A stretch of 64,000 bases of DNA from Octopus vulgaris (lineage: Eukaryota). The stretch lies in assembly GCA_951406725.2 (NCBI GenBank), contig OX597816.1, positions 64,480,001 to 64,544,000 on the forward strand, in the 5' to 3' direction. The number at the start of each line of letters is the position of its first letter. The stretch's first letter is position 1. A program made the translations under genes and the position numbers. This document shows positions 24,606 to 37,849 of this stretch, piece after piece. Under the pieces are notes generated by a model, which was not told the origin of the DNA, made no database searches, and saw only the letters and a program-made list of their open reading frames with translations.

Positions 24606-26667
24606 AAAAGTCAAGTATATTGATAACACCGATCCCAAAACCTTATGATTCCCAAAACCTTATGACAGACGTCAGAAGACTGGATTATAAAATCGTATTT
24701 TAAGACTGATATTTTGCTGATTCGCCTCTACATAGGAGTTGAGTCATTTTACTTTATCCGATGCTTAACATAGTGAAGAATTCTTCCACTTAATATAACA
24801 GACGACAGACAGCATTACAAGTAAGGCGTCCATATTGTTTTTATTATTATTTTTGATACCAAATCTAGCGATTTGATATTGCATTTGTCACTTCACCATC
24901 TGAAGAACGTGAATAATGGCAGGCCTTACGTAAGGAACTATTAGGTGTCGTAAGGAAGCAATCAATTTAAGAATATTCAGCAAGCGGTAAAACGGTAAAA
25001 AAAAAGACAACAACAGCAAATGATAAAAATGAGATAATGAACCAGTTTGATTTAGTAAAATACCACTGTTCTTGAAAATGACATGTTACATCTCATTTCC
25101 GATTCCACTCAAAATATACTCAATCAAAAGAAACCAGAAACAATTAATTTTATAAATGATATTCCAGAGGAGGTGTAGATTGTGCGGCGGATATTAATTC
25201 ATTGGTTTGAGTGTATGTTATTAGATTTTTAAAAAAAGAAATTCAATTCCAAGAACTATTCAATCAACCATACTTTAAAAGTATTCAGAAATCTGTGGAT
25301 GTAGTCGTGGTTGTCCATTAAAATATTCGCATTAGAACTACAGAGTCCTGGTTCAAATTCACTTAGTGGACATTTAGGAAGGTGTAGCTACCACATGGAA
25401 CGGTTTGCTAAACTCTTATGGGTTAAATTCCGTAGATGGAAGCTCTCCCATAATAAGATTATACTAATGTGTGTGTTTGTGTGTGTGCGTGTGTACGCGT
25501 GTGTGTGTGAGAGAGAGAGATTTGTTAATAAGTAATAAATAAATAATAATAATAAAACGTCAATACTTGATATAATATTAATGAACTGAATACTATATGA
25601 CATGGATAAAGTACACCCCCTTATGTGAACGTCCATTTTGCATTTTATAATTTTCGTGAATTATTATATTACGTTTATATATTTGTTGTGCAAGATTTTT
25701 TATGTGAAGTCGTGTGTTGAAATAAGATTAAGATTAATGTAAAAAATAAATATCACTGAAGCAAAGTAACACCAAATATATAGTGTGTGTGTTTTTTATT
25801 GGCTAAACTGGCAAAATGACCATTCCGAAATACAAAAAAATAATTATTATATTCGTACCAGGAAAGTATCCAGAACACCATAAACTGATTAAACATTTAC
25901 GTGTAGTGCATTAGATAAAATATAATGCCTAAAACCTTTGAAAACATGATAGAAGATAAACAGAGCAAAGTAAAGATCGAAAACAAGTATACTACACCGG
26001 AGAACAAGTATAGTAATAATTGATAAAACCTGATACAATGAAATTTTTTCGTCTCTAGTTTCTGTCTTTAATCATTAATTTTCTTTAAATTTTGACATTA
26101 TATATGTATACCACTTGGCTCACTACAAATCTATAATTATATATTATTCTTATCTGATCCTTATTCATAACTCTATATAATTTTATTTTTCCCTTGCAGC
26201 TATTTATTTCATCCTGACAAAATTTTGTTAGGTGTGTTTTTCCTAAATCAATTAATAAACTCGGCTACTGGAGCGCTTTTTCACATTTTGCACGTGGTTT
26301 ACTGCTATGATTTATGTATAGATTTGATTTAGATTTACTAGAGTGTGTTCATATATTGTTGGAATATAATAAGTGGAAATATTCTAAGTAGTGCAATATA
26401 AATTATTTTAAGTGCTAAATCTTGTATGCTAACACATTAAATATTCAGAAGCAAAATTATTGACTATACATATTTATTGAAAATATAATATAACTAAGAT
26501 AACGCTGCACAGTATTAATGCAGAATATAGAACGAAAAGAAAACAGAAACAGTGTTAATCTCTACGGGCCTTTCAGAAATTTCCCTGGAAATTCTTCACC
26601 ATTTTAAACGTGGACATATATCATAGATATATGTATGTTTGTATGTATATATGTATATATATATGTA

Positions 26668-26745
<78 letters not shown>

Positions 26746-27109
26746 ATACATACATACGTGCATATATATATATATATATACGTGTATGTGTGTATTTTTT
26801 GTGCGTGTGTGTGTGTGTGATAAAATGTATTCATTGAGATGGGTGATGTTTTTTTTTCTCTCTGCGAGATGTGTATTATTTACGAGAATTGACTAAATGC
26901 TCTGTGAAGGTTCCGTCGTGCATGAAAATTCCAACGTTTCAGAGAGATCTTTCTACAGAATAAAGTCGATACGAAGAAATTAGAAAAACAAAACTAATAG
27001 AGTTTTACAATGTGTATGTTTGAGAAACTGGCTGCAGCTGATGAGGAACACAATATTATGTGTGATTCACAGTTAGAGGTAAACTTGGTGACATAGACAG
27101 CATATGGAT

Positions 27110-27355
27110 AAAACTCCTTTCTAGATCATATAGAGCCATAGGGCTTTTCTCCCGGGTCCTGAGGCGGATATTTTCCCCAAATGGACGGGACGCAGGCCCG
27201 TCGCAGAAGTACTCTTTTTTGCCAGCTGAATGGTATGGAGCAGCGGGAAATTAAGAGCTTTGTCCAAGAACACGATGCATTTCCCAGTTCAGGAAATGAG
27301 ACAACAATCTCGCGGTCAAGAGTCCAGTACTCTAACCACTAAGCCACGCGCCTCC
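27110..27355 (-). mobile_element. SINE, family C-related head
   Basis: Minus strand ggaggcgcgtggcttagtggttagagtactggactc..gtgttcttggacaaag. Confidence 0.6.
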
Positions 27356-29269
27356 CTGTTAATGGAGATGGAATCAGAAAGTGAAATGGGTGAAGGCTGT
27401 GGTGAGGCCGAGGGAATAAATGAAGTGAGAGAGGGGCTGAATGATGAGAAAGGGATTTACTGAAATGAGAGAGAATGTGGAAGTGTAGATTGGAAAATAT
27501 TCATTAAACACATCAAGTGCATTGTGCCAAGTTCGAATATGGGTTAGTAATAGAATGGCTTATTGTGTTGAACTGTGTGCTGACCATTTGGACAAGAACA
27601 CTTTCGTTGTGTGCTTAGAATATGCACTCGAAAGCGATTTGCTAGGTGACGATATATTCCTCAAATATAAAAGTGGCTCCAAGATGGACAGGAAAGATTT
27701 CTGTGTAAAGTGGTGCTGTGGCATGTGTTGTTAATTAATATAAGGAAATTAATCTTGGTATTCTCAAAAATACCTGCTAATGTTTGGATGGTGCCAAAGA
27801 TTTTTCTACGTGGTTTCATAGGATGCTTTTCCTTTTGACTGCGACGAATGGTTGTGTAGCGATGCTCGGAGCGGTTTTGCGGTCAGAAAATAGAATTTGG
27901 AAGTTGGCAATGAGTTTGTATTTCAATCGCAAGATAGAATGGCTCAAGGTACGTAAGAGAGAGTGGAATCAGTTTTGTAACTGTATGTAAAAAGGATAGC
28001 AGTGCATTGGCATGGTCAATGCCCTGAATATAGTGATAAACACTTATCAATTTATGAGGAATCCTCCGTTTTCTGTCACTAGGGTTCGAAGTCTGAATAA
28101 ATTCTGCAAAGTCGACCATGCCGAAGGAATTGCAGTGAATACAATGGAACGTTTCATGTGTTTTTGGTGACAAAACTCTTGTGGAGAATTAGTAACACTT
28201 TCGAACTGGATATTTTCTGACAGTAAAAGTAATAGTCAGTTATAGAGATATAGATTTTGACATGTCGTGCATGTGTCGATACAAGAAATAATCATCAATG
28301 ATAATGAACTTTAAAATTTGTACAGACTTCAAGGTTTTGATTCCGCCTTGTTCATAGCTATGGGGTGGCGTACAAGAAGGTTTTCTTGATAATGCAATAA
28401 TGTCTATTCTCTTACTATAGTAATATACCTCAGGGAATCAAACAAAATTATTCATGTACCTAAAAGAATATTGATCTCAAAAGATCGAGACTGGTAATAT
28501 GGAACGTGCACGTTTAAAAATATAACAATCATTTTCTATACTGCCTATCGTACAGTGATTTATATATTTTGTTAAGATGGCGTTAGGTAAGTTGGGACTT
28601 GAAAGATATAATCGGTTTTAACCTTTTATTAACAAGATTACTTGGTAAGACGTTTTGTAAGCGTATTTGATTTCTTACCGTTATTATTGTTATTGTTGTG
28701 CATCTCCGTTTGGCTGGGTGCGACGTATAGCGATAAACAATCAATAATATGTTATAAAACGATAAAGAGATCAAAGCCGTAATTTATTCTCAACGCTTCT
28801 TTTATTTCACAATATAAAACATTCTGACAATCTTTGATTGCTGGTTTGAGATCTGGCATTTATGTCACGTAATGCATTTTTATTTGATATTATGCATGAT
28901 TGCAAACAAGAAAACTGGTTTTCGTTGGGTATTTCAATCTTGACTTGAAAACTCCAACTTAATGTGTAGGAGCTAAATTTCATATGCACAAACGTCTAAG
29001 AAATTTTATCAATTCATTCTAATAAACTAAATGCTGTTTTCTTCCGAGAAAAATTCTTATATAGAAAAGTCGAGCAAAAGGCCAGTGGAGAGCGCTAGGT
29101 TGTCAAACATTTAAACCAAATTTTCTCAAAACAACTTGTCCGACCGTCCCATAGGCCTCCCCTTTGAGAAACACTGATTTAACCGAAATTTGAGACACCA
29201 GCAAAAGAAGAAATAAAGATAGACTTCTTTCTATTCCAAAGAATATTTTATCGATCGCATTCTCACCTG

Positions 29270-29412
29270 GAATCGATTTTTGTAATTCAAGACTTATACA
29301 CGCCCTGATACCGTCGGTATCTACATATCAAATTTGAGTGCAATCGGATGGAGGATGCCCGAGATCCTAGAAGACACACACACACAGACAGAACAGATTT
29401 TATATAATAGAT
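29270..29412 (-). mobile_element. Non-autonomous Helitron-like 5' end
   Basis: Minus strand a|tctattatataaaa..(tctg)(tg)n..ccgattgcactcaaatttg resembles common Helitron-N 5' termini. Confidence 0.45.
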
Positions 29413-30019
29413 AACAAAGATAAAGAAATTATGATGGAGTATAATTACTGCAGTGGATAATACAGTATTGTATCCCACTGATATTAAATCAGTTATGACT
29501 GAGAGACTTGCATTTTCTATATTTGACATGGAACCAATGATTTCACTCAACGTTGTGTCTTAACTTATAGAAGTGCTCTCTACAGTGATACATTCTTGTA
29601 ATAATATAATTTTGATTCGATAATGAGAACGCCATGCTTTAATTATTAATGGGTCACGTGTTATTACAACTACTTATTTTATTATGTATTTTGAGGAGTT
29701 GTGTCATTATGACATTATGATTCATTAAGTTCTACTGCATCTTTTGGGGGAGTTTCCTATGGCCATAGCGCTGTAAAGGTAGGTGCAACCACCCCACTCA
29801 ATGAACCCTATTATCGGTGTAGCTTCTTTTCGGCTGTTTCGTTCTCTTTTCAAAGATATCGGTTAGCAATAAACATTCCAATAATTGATATGTTGCTCAT
29901 AGATGTGAAAGAACATAAGATTATGCGCACTGTCTCTCTCTCTCTTTCTCTCTGTCCCCCCTCTCTCTATCCTTTGTCTGTGTATATATACATCTCTGTC
30001 TGTATATTTTATATATATA

Positions 30020-30147
30020 CAGGGTGTCCCAAAAAAATGTATACACATAGTGGTTCGGCAAAAGAGAACGATAGAATAAGTACTAGGCTTACAAAGAATA
30101 ACAAATTTACAATTATTTAAGGTGTGTATACATTTTTTGGGGACACC

Positions 30148-30150
<3 letters not shown>
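30020..30150. mobile_element. 131-bp Tc1/mariner-type MITE with internal SINE fragment
   Basis: 28-bp TIRs cagggtgtcccaaaaaaatgtatacaca (one mismatch), TA flanks. 30049-30101 matches SINE family A. Confidence 0.85.
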
Positions 30151-30206
<56 letters not shown>

Positions 30207-30277
30207 TATAGGTGTATATGTACGTAAATTTATACATATAAGCTTACATACATACATGCATACATATATATATATAT

Positions 30278-30325
<48 letters not shown>

Positions 30326-30370
30326 GCATTGTCTCTCCTATGCCGTTAAGGTGAATTCGTATATAAGGAT

Positions 30371-31169
30371 TTATAATAGTATAAAATGCAATTATAATAA
30401 ACGGCATAGGAGAGACAATGCATATGCTGAAAATAGAAGCTAAATTGTCAAACCACTTAAAATCCTCACGTTTATAGTACACACATGTTGAAATCGAGGG
30501 AGTAGGCTCACAGAAATTCCTAAAATAATAATAATACAATTCTCTAGTATTATAAATCTCTCTATATGAACTCATATTAATAGGTCCATATTATATGCTG
30601 GCCACTGATAAAATCTTTAACAATTTTATCCTTTATTATTATTATTTATTGTCTTTGCACAGCTTCTAACGCTATAGATGTACTACGGTGCCACCTGTGC
30701 AACTTCTTCACTACCTCCAAATATATTGGATTATATGCTGGCTAACCAAAAAGTTTAACGATTTTATCCTTTATTATTATAATTGAATACTTTTCATTCG
30801 CATCGGGGCAGTTGAGTTACTTCTGTACTACTCTGACTAAATGCGCACCTATTGAGGTAGACTACGAAATTCGATGCGGATATATTTGTGGTATTTGTAT
30901 GTAATCGTTGCTTTGCGTTTGTTTCCAGTGGGTATGTATAAATGTCTCATTTATTTACCTCATGCTAATGAGGAAAAGTTATTAGTGTAATCCAGAAATT
31001 GATCAACTAACTAAATTATTATTATTTTATGAATTTCTGTGAGCCTACTCCTTGGATTTCAACACGTGTGTACTATAAAAGTGATAATTTTAAGTGGTTT
31101 GACGATTTGGCGTCTATTTTCAGCATAAGTATAGTCTCTTAATTATACTTCTATTTCATACTATTATAA
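30371..31169. mobile_element. ~800-bp foldback/MITE with long imperfect TIRs
   Basis: 30423-30535 is an inverted match of 31015-31127. The ends ttataatagtat/atactattataa also match. Internal direct repeat at ~30590 and ~30730. Confidence 0.75.
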
Positions 31170-31172
31170 CTT

Positions 31173-31240
<68 letters not shown>

Positions 31241-31331
31241 AAGCATAACAAATGCGCAACCGGTAAAAAGAACTTTCACCTAATTAAATTACTTAAATTA
31301 CTTCAATTATTTGTCAGCATTTTCTTCATTT

Positions 31332-31381
<50 letters not shown>

Positions 31382-31387
<6 letters not shown>

Positions 31388-31675
31388 ATCACGTGATCGA
31401 CCAGACCATCAAATCTTGTTACACATCGCTGGTCACAATGCGTTCGCATTGTTTTAGCCTTCGAATGACACCACCCCGCTGGCTAAGCGAGCAGGCCAAC
31501 AGAAGAAAGAGTGAAAGAAAGAGTGGTGAAAGAGGGATCACCACCCCCTGCCGGAGCCTCGTGGAGCTTTTAAGATGTTTTCGCTCAATAAACACTCACA
31601 ACGCCCGGTCTGGGAATCGAAACCGCCATCCTACGACCGCGAGTTCGCTGCCCTAACCACTGGGCCATTGCGCCT

Positions 31676-31677
<2 letters not shown>
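31382..31677 (-). mobile_element. tRNA-derived SINE family D
   Basis: Minus strand ggaggcgcaaTGGCCCAGTGGttagggcagcg..GGTTTCGATTCCcagacc, with clear A and B boxes. Sits between (TA)n and (CA)n. Confidence 0.75.
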
Positions 31678-31751
<74 letters not shown>

Positions 31752-33046
31752 GAGTGTGTGTGTAATATAATAAATAAAATATATGTATATGTGTATGTAA
31801 TGTATATCTAAATATACATAGGGGTAAATACACACCCAAATATATTCGCATATTCACATACAAACACGCACACACCCACACAGATATATATATATATATG
31901 CGCCCGCGTGTGTGTGTGTGTATGCGCGCACTTCCACACTTTGTTTAACCATCACTATTTTAGCCTTTTCCAACAGATCTATGATCAAAGGCGTTGTAGA
32001 CAAGATCATCCTGTCTTTCCATTTTTCATATAGTAAAGTGTCTTGATCATAATTATCCAATGTGTCCATCTTTAGTAAGACAGCAACGTATTTCGAAAGA
32101 GATTTTATTGCTAATTATCATTGAGCTATCATCGTTGTCCCATGTTGGCCGTATTTTGAAATTGCTGTGTAAATGTTTTAAACACGTCCTTGTGTTTACT
32201 TAACATAAAATCTTCTCTGACAGGAACAATTATGTATTTTAACTATGTAACGTTTTACAAGATTTTTGCCGTTGAACTTAATTGACAAGTCACTGTCATC
32301 AACTCGCTTAATGCATTAAAGTTACTAAATGATAAAAAATTTATGAACACCACAGCATCTGAATTATATTTTCGCAAATAATTTGCCCTCTTCTGGCATC
32401 GTAAGAAATCTCTATATATTTTTAATAATGATTGTAATGACATTGGGTATTTTAGCTTGAAGAAATAAAGGAAGTTCTTTATGTGAAGAAAAACAGCTGG
32501 GTCATAAAATATTTTGTCAGGTCTAGAATACAAATGGCTTACTGTAGCTTAATATTGTTTTTTAAAAGGTCATATACACATCAGTACATGAGCATGTGTG
32601 TGTAATTAACATATCATAAATATGGATTTAGATTCTGCGTACGTTCTCCATTCTTTTATTTGAAGCCTAATGTCACTTAATCTATGTTCATATACTGTAA
32701 GTGCCTGGTTATTCATCACGTAGATGTTGATGTAAGCAAACCAGAATTGTACCTTCGAAGCCCCAATAGCTTTTTGACATATTTAAGACCCCGGAAATTC
32801 TCATTAATCTCCAAGAAATATTGCATTTTATATACACATTGACATTTATTCACATTTAATTACAAATATCCCCTCAAACAGGTGCACCACACAAACGCTT
32901 TGATCTCAATACTCGCAAACTTATATACATAATTACACGCGCGCATATACATATATATACATATACGTATGTATATGGACATACGTATGTATGCGTACGT
33001 ATATCAACTTATGCAAATACATACATGATTTTGTATCTATCTTTCT

Positions 33047-33137
<91 letters not shown>

Positions 33138-33150
33138 CAGACAGACAATC

Positions 33151-33231
<81 letters not shown>

Positions 33232-34699
33232 TAGTCAGATTGATTGATATATATATATATGCACATTTATAATCATCACTACCTTTCCTCAAAATATTTT
33301 CTTTCCTCTCAGTTATATATGGTTGTATATGGTTAGCTTAAACTGCTAGGGATGTATTTAATATATTGATTACTAAGTTCTGTGAGCAGAAGCTTGGTCA
33401 ATTCGTATCCTCTTTGTGGTGTTTTATTCTGTTTGAGGCAAATACTTCTTAACCCACTCTGTTTACCACTTTCTAATAAAGCGGAGGGGGCGAGTGGCAA
33501 TCCACATAATTGCAACGCATATTTCTTAACCAAAGCACGTATATACGGTACACTAACATGTTTACTCCAATATTCATATGTGGTACATACAAAGATAGCA
33601 TGAACTATAGGCGAAATGCAAATAATCTAGCTCTGTATTTTCGAATAATAGCAAGCAATTATCAGGATGACACTCCAGATTTGCTTCTTTGATTATAGAA
33701 GACTGCATCCTAAGGAAAATTCTCGGGACTTCATCATCAAAATAAAGCCCCATCACCAAGTAGAAGCTTTCACCAGCAGAACTTGTCTCTCACTCTAAAA
33801 TTTAGTATGCGTACGATGTTGCATACTCAGTGTTCATAATTGTATGGCGGGTGAGATTTGTCAACACCAGTGGAAGCTAGATCAAGCAGACAACTTTTCT
33901 TTTTTATTTATGTTAAGAAAGCAGGGTGGATGTAGGGAAGGCTATGGTTTTAGTTTGAACTAACTTCATCATTCCTACAGCAGTCTCTGAGTGTTTCGTA
34001 GGAGCCGATCTGAACTACGTTGTATAGATAAATGCAGATGTACCACAAATATATTGGATTTTAGAATTGTCTCTGATGTTGTATTAATAAAACACCAGCT
34101 GAGCATCAGATTTATTTAACGTAATATCTTATTTTTTTACGTTAAAATTATCAAAACTTGAAACGCTTTGACGTCAAACTACTCGAATCGTCAGCGTATT
34201 GTTCAAACTGCTGTTGCGTTATTTGTTCCGGTTGCTTGCCTTCAGAGTTCAAATGCCGCTTAGATAAGTTTTGCATTTTAATCATTCAACATCGGTAAAT
34301 AATGCTCCAATCTAGAGCGGTTGACTGACCGTAGTATTGGATTTGATGTTTTACAACAATTATTCCGTTTGCTTATGTTTTGACTTCGATGAACACTGCT
34401 GAAATGCTTTGATCAAGTCTGATATGGTGCTCCACATAAACTGCAAAATCTTGTGTTGGCCGTCTGAAGAGAAACTAGGAACAGGACAAATTTGGTGATT
34501 TTAAATTAACATAAAGCAGAGAATAATTTATATTTGCATATATCCTTGCGTAAATTTTCCTTTTGGGCTTATAATCCATTCATTGCCATTCCTGCAGCTG
34601 TTGGTCAGAATGGACTTCCATGCTAAAGTCTGGATATCCGTAATTTCCGTTGAGAAAAGTATATAGTGGTAGATTTCTTCGACTTCTGCAGATTTATTT

Positions 34700-34932
34700 A
34701 TTTCTTTATTACCCATACGAGGCTAAACATAGAGGAGCAAACAAGAACAGACAAAGTGATTAAATCGATTACATTGTCTCCGGTGCGTAACTAGTACTTA
34801 TTTCATCGACCCCGAAAGGATGAAAGGCAAAGTCAACCTCGGCGGAATTTGAACCCAAAACGTAACGGTAGACGAAATACTGCTAAGCATTTCGCCCGGT
34901 GTGTATAACGATTTTGCCAGCTTGCCTCCCTT
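34700..34932 (-). mobile_element. SINE family B, monomer
   Basis: tcgaccccgaaaggatgaaaggcaaagtcaacctcggcggaatttgaac..aagcatttcgcccgg. Confidence 0.85.
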
Positions 34933-35406
34933 ATTTACATTATATTGTGCTTGTTCCGCACTCTTTTGAGACATCACATGAAAACAGGTACATGCGACAT
35001 CAGGTCAGATGCACAACACAGTGGGATGATGTAGTACTTGGCCAGAGGCACGTATACTTCGTATATCTGTATGACTTTGACACAGGAACATCTGTTATTT
35101 GACCAACAATTGAAGCCCCTCCGGACCAGAGCGGACATGGGAAAACTGAAAAACATTACTCGACACAGGATTGATGAAGTCCTGAGCTTCACTGTTGGAA
35201 AGTGCTCAATGCTTTACTCGGGACATTCCTTGAATTGTGCGTGATAAAACGAAAATGAGTTGTGTTAGGTCAATTTTCAATGGTAGACCACAACAATATG
35301 TTTAGTATCAAAGCGTGTAACAATCAAATTCGTTAGAAATCAAATGACGGACATAAACAAGAACTAAAATCAATCACTCACACACACATGTATACACACA
35401 TATGTT

Positions 35407-35442
<36 letters not shown>

Positions 35443-35853
35443 AACACAGACGCATGCGCATATCAAGATACACATTATAGAAGAACAGAATGGAATAAGC
35501 AGAGCAAGAGCACACACGAAGACGGAAATTGTCACTGTTGAGGCTACAGATGTGTGAGGAAAGATTTCCGGACAATGGATATGAGAACGGGAATAAACGA
35601 ATGAAGAATGAATATATAGTGCGTGTGTTTATTTCTCACCCCCCCCCCAAAAAAAAAAACAGGAGGAAAAACGATCATCCCGAAATACAACAATACCTCT
35701 TTCAACACAGAAAGGAATCTTGCAACAAATTGATTAACGTTGTCTCACGTTGAAAAAAATCTTTTTGTCTTTGTCTCTTCTTGCATGCACATTTCTACTT
35801 ATATGTTGAATCATTCTCAAACATAGTCTTGCTTCTTAGGTTTAAGCTTCTGG

Positions 35854-35900
<47 letters not shown>

Positions 35901-35906
<6 letters not shown>

Positions 35907-36516
35907 TTTCTTTTTTCAATATTATTATGTATTCGTATAACTCTCTATGGTTTTTTCTGCTAGTGAAATTGTTATGTTGAACTATACTAGGCACGCGTGG
36001 CCTTTTTTATATTGTATTTCGCCTCGACCTGTTACTGTTTTGTTAAACATATCCCTTAGATTCTCATGCTATAGTTTAACTGCACATATAGACTTGCATA
36101 CACATTGATATGACTTTTTTTCTTTTTTCATCTCTCTCACTATTATTATTGTTGTTATCATTATTTTTCCCTTTCACAACTTGGTTTGTAAATTATCCGA
36201 TTTTCCCTCACTGCTCCATCTGTTTTCTCTTACTGTATCTTATTTCATTTTTATTTCTATTATTTTAAATTCTATTTCATCTTATTAAACTTTCTTGGTG
36301 TTCTTCAAGAGATTCCTCACACTGATGAGAATGACAATGCATAAATTTAGTTATAATTACTATGATCAAATTTTTTTCTTACACATTTGTATTGTTTTTC
36401 GAAACGTACGTCTGCATTGAATCCAGTTTTGCAAAAAATATATTTCTGATTCAACATTTTTTCTTTACTTTGTTTATACTTGTTTATGGTATATTTTTAT
36501 ACCTCTAAGGAAACTC

Positions 36517-36520
<4 letters not shown>
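35901..36520 (+). mobile_element. Probable solo PLE pseudo-LTR or retrozyme-like element carrying the 36311 HHR
   Basis: T-rich ~620-bp segment bounded by two (TA)n tracts and containing an HHR motif. Confidence 0.5.
36311..36423 (+). ncRNA. Type I hammerhead motif with long stem II
   Basis: gattc-ctca-ca CTGATGA (36322-36328); gaatgacaatgca..tgtattgtttttc (12 of 13 pairs, including G-U); GAAA (36401-36404); cgt-acg TC tg-catt-gaatc. Palindromic stem III, GUC triplet. Confidence 0.75.
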
Positions 36521-36585
<65 letters not shown>

Positions 36586-36662
36586 ATGCAATACGAGAGT
36601 ATTGCTTTCCAGTAAAGAATAGCCCGTGAGGGAAAATTATACATAGAAGTAAATATATGGTA

Positions 36663-36859
36663 CAACGTTACATGATGGACGGCAGGCATCGTACTTCTTC
36701 ATCTTTGGCTCAAAAAGTGTCAGCTGTTTAGTAGAAAGAGTGCAGTTCACCAAAGTTTGAACCAGTGTGGCTTTCATGGATGCATTCCTCGTATGAAGCC
36801 TCTACTCACTACGAAGCATAAATCAAATCATATTTCATTCCCGAAACCTATGCGAGTAA
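36663..36859 (+). repeat. 197-bp inverted duplicate of Tc1 segment 37913-38109
   Basis: Reverse-complement match with only a few substitutions; coordinates sum to 74772. Confidence 0.92.
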
Positions 36860-36878
36860 TGGCAATTTCTGTAAAATA

Positions 36879-36913
<35 letters not shown>

Positions 36914-37068
36914 ACGTATTTTTGCCATTTCAATATGGCTAACCCCTAAGGGTGGATGCTACTGTAGTTTTTAGCCCCATGAGGACACACTCCTCCAGCT
37001 GGCCATAGACACACTTTCTTTGTCCTGTCAGTATTTGCAAAGGGAAGTCATCCTTCCCGTCTTCAACT

Positions 37069-37129
37069 TATGATACACACGGAATCGAGTTTCGAGGTAT
37101 TGACCTCTCGTCAGCGTGTGACAGTCATA
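37069..37129 (-). ncRNA. Second hammerhead copy with a G16.2-to-U change
   Basis: Same as 37422-37482 except position 37084 (triplet UUC, stem III mismatch) and one change in outer stem I. Confidence 0.8.
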
Positions 37130-37421
37130 GTTGTCGCCGAGAATTAGATTTCCTTCACAAATACTTATACTTTTTCCAGCGTCCACTGTCGCTGATATTG
37201 AAAAAGTGAAATCAAACAATGATAAATATCAATGTGAGTTATATACAGTGGCGGTAACACAACGTGACGTATTTTTGCCATTTCAATATGGCTAACCCCT
37301 AAGGGTGGATGCTACTGTAGTTTTTAGCCCCAGGAGGACACACTCCTCCAGCTGGCCATAGACACACTTTCTGTGTCCTGTCAGTATTTGCAAAGGGAAG
37401 TCATCCTTCCCGTCTTCAACT

Positions 37422-37482
37422 TATGATACACACGGACTCGAGTTTCGAGGTATTGACCTCTCGTCAGCGTGTGACAATCATA
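37422..37482 (-). ncRNA. Canonical type I hammerhead ribozyme
   Basis: tatgat-tgt-cacacg CTGACGA gagg-tcaata-cctc GAAA ctc-gag TC cgtgtg-t-atcata. Full core, GUC triplet, bulged stem I, palindromic loopless stem III. Predicted cut between 37435 and 37434. Confidence 0.9.
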
Positions 37483-37708
37483 GTTGTCGCCGAGAATTAG
37501 ATTTCCTTCACAAATACTTATACTTTTTCCAGCGTCCACTGTCGCTGATATTGAAAAAGTGAAATCAAACAATGATAAATATCAATATGAGTTATATACA
37601 GTAGCGGTAACACAACGTGACGTATTTTTGCCATTTCAATATGGCTAACCCCTAAGGGTGGATGCTACTGTAGTTTTTAGCCCCAGGAGGGCTATATATA
37701 TTTCTGTA

Positions 37709-37746
<38 letters not shown>

Positions 37747-37793
37747 CTAAGTAAATATATATATATATATATATATATATTTCTGTAAGATAC

Positions 37794-37842
<49 letters not shown>

Positions 37843-37849
37843 TAAATAT

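Larger units (their letters stand above)
36911..37690 (-). repeat. 353-bp tandem array (2.2 units) with one HHR per full unit; non-LTR retrozyme-like
   Basis: Units start at 36911, 37264 and 37617 (gtgacgtatttttgcc), are nearly identical, and the array is flanked by (TA)n. Confidence 0.92.

Noticed and set aside
31590-31677. tRNA gene
   Set aside because: A and B boxes continue into a SINE body with no proper acceptor stem or terminator. The same applies to the other SINE heads.
34960-35245. DDVVL..ALLGxHSLxxxD resemblance to XPG/PIN-like domains of DNA transposons
   Set aside because: Short, frameshifted and too weak to call without a profile search.
37028-37572. Repeated 63-aa ORF in the 353-bp array
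   Set aside because: Non-ATG start, no recognisable motif, overlaps the HHR, and recurs only because the unit is repeated.
36911-37690. CRISPR-like interpretation of the tandem array
   Set aside because: Whole units are identical, there are no unique spacers or cas genes, and the context is eukaryotic.
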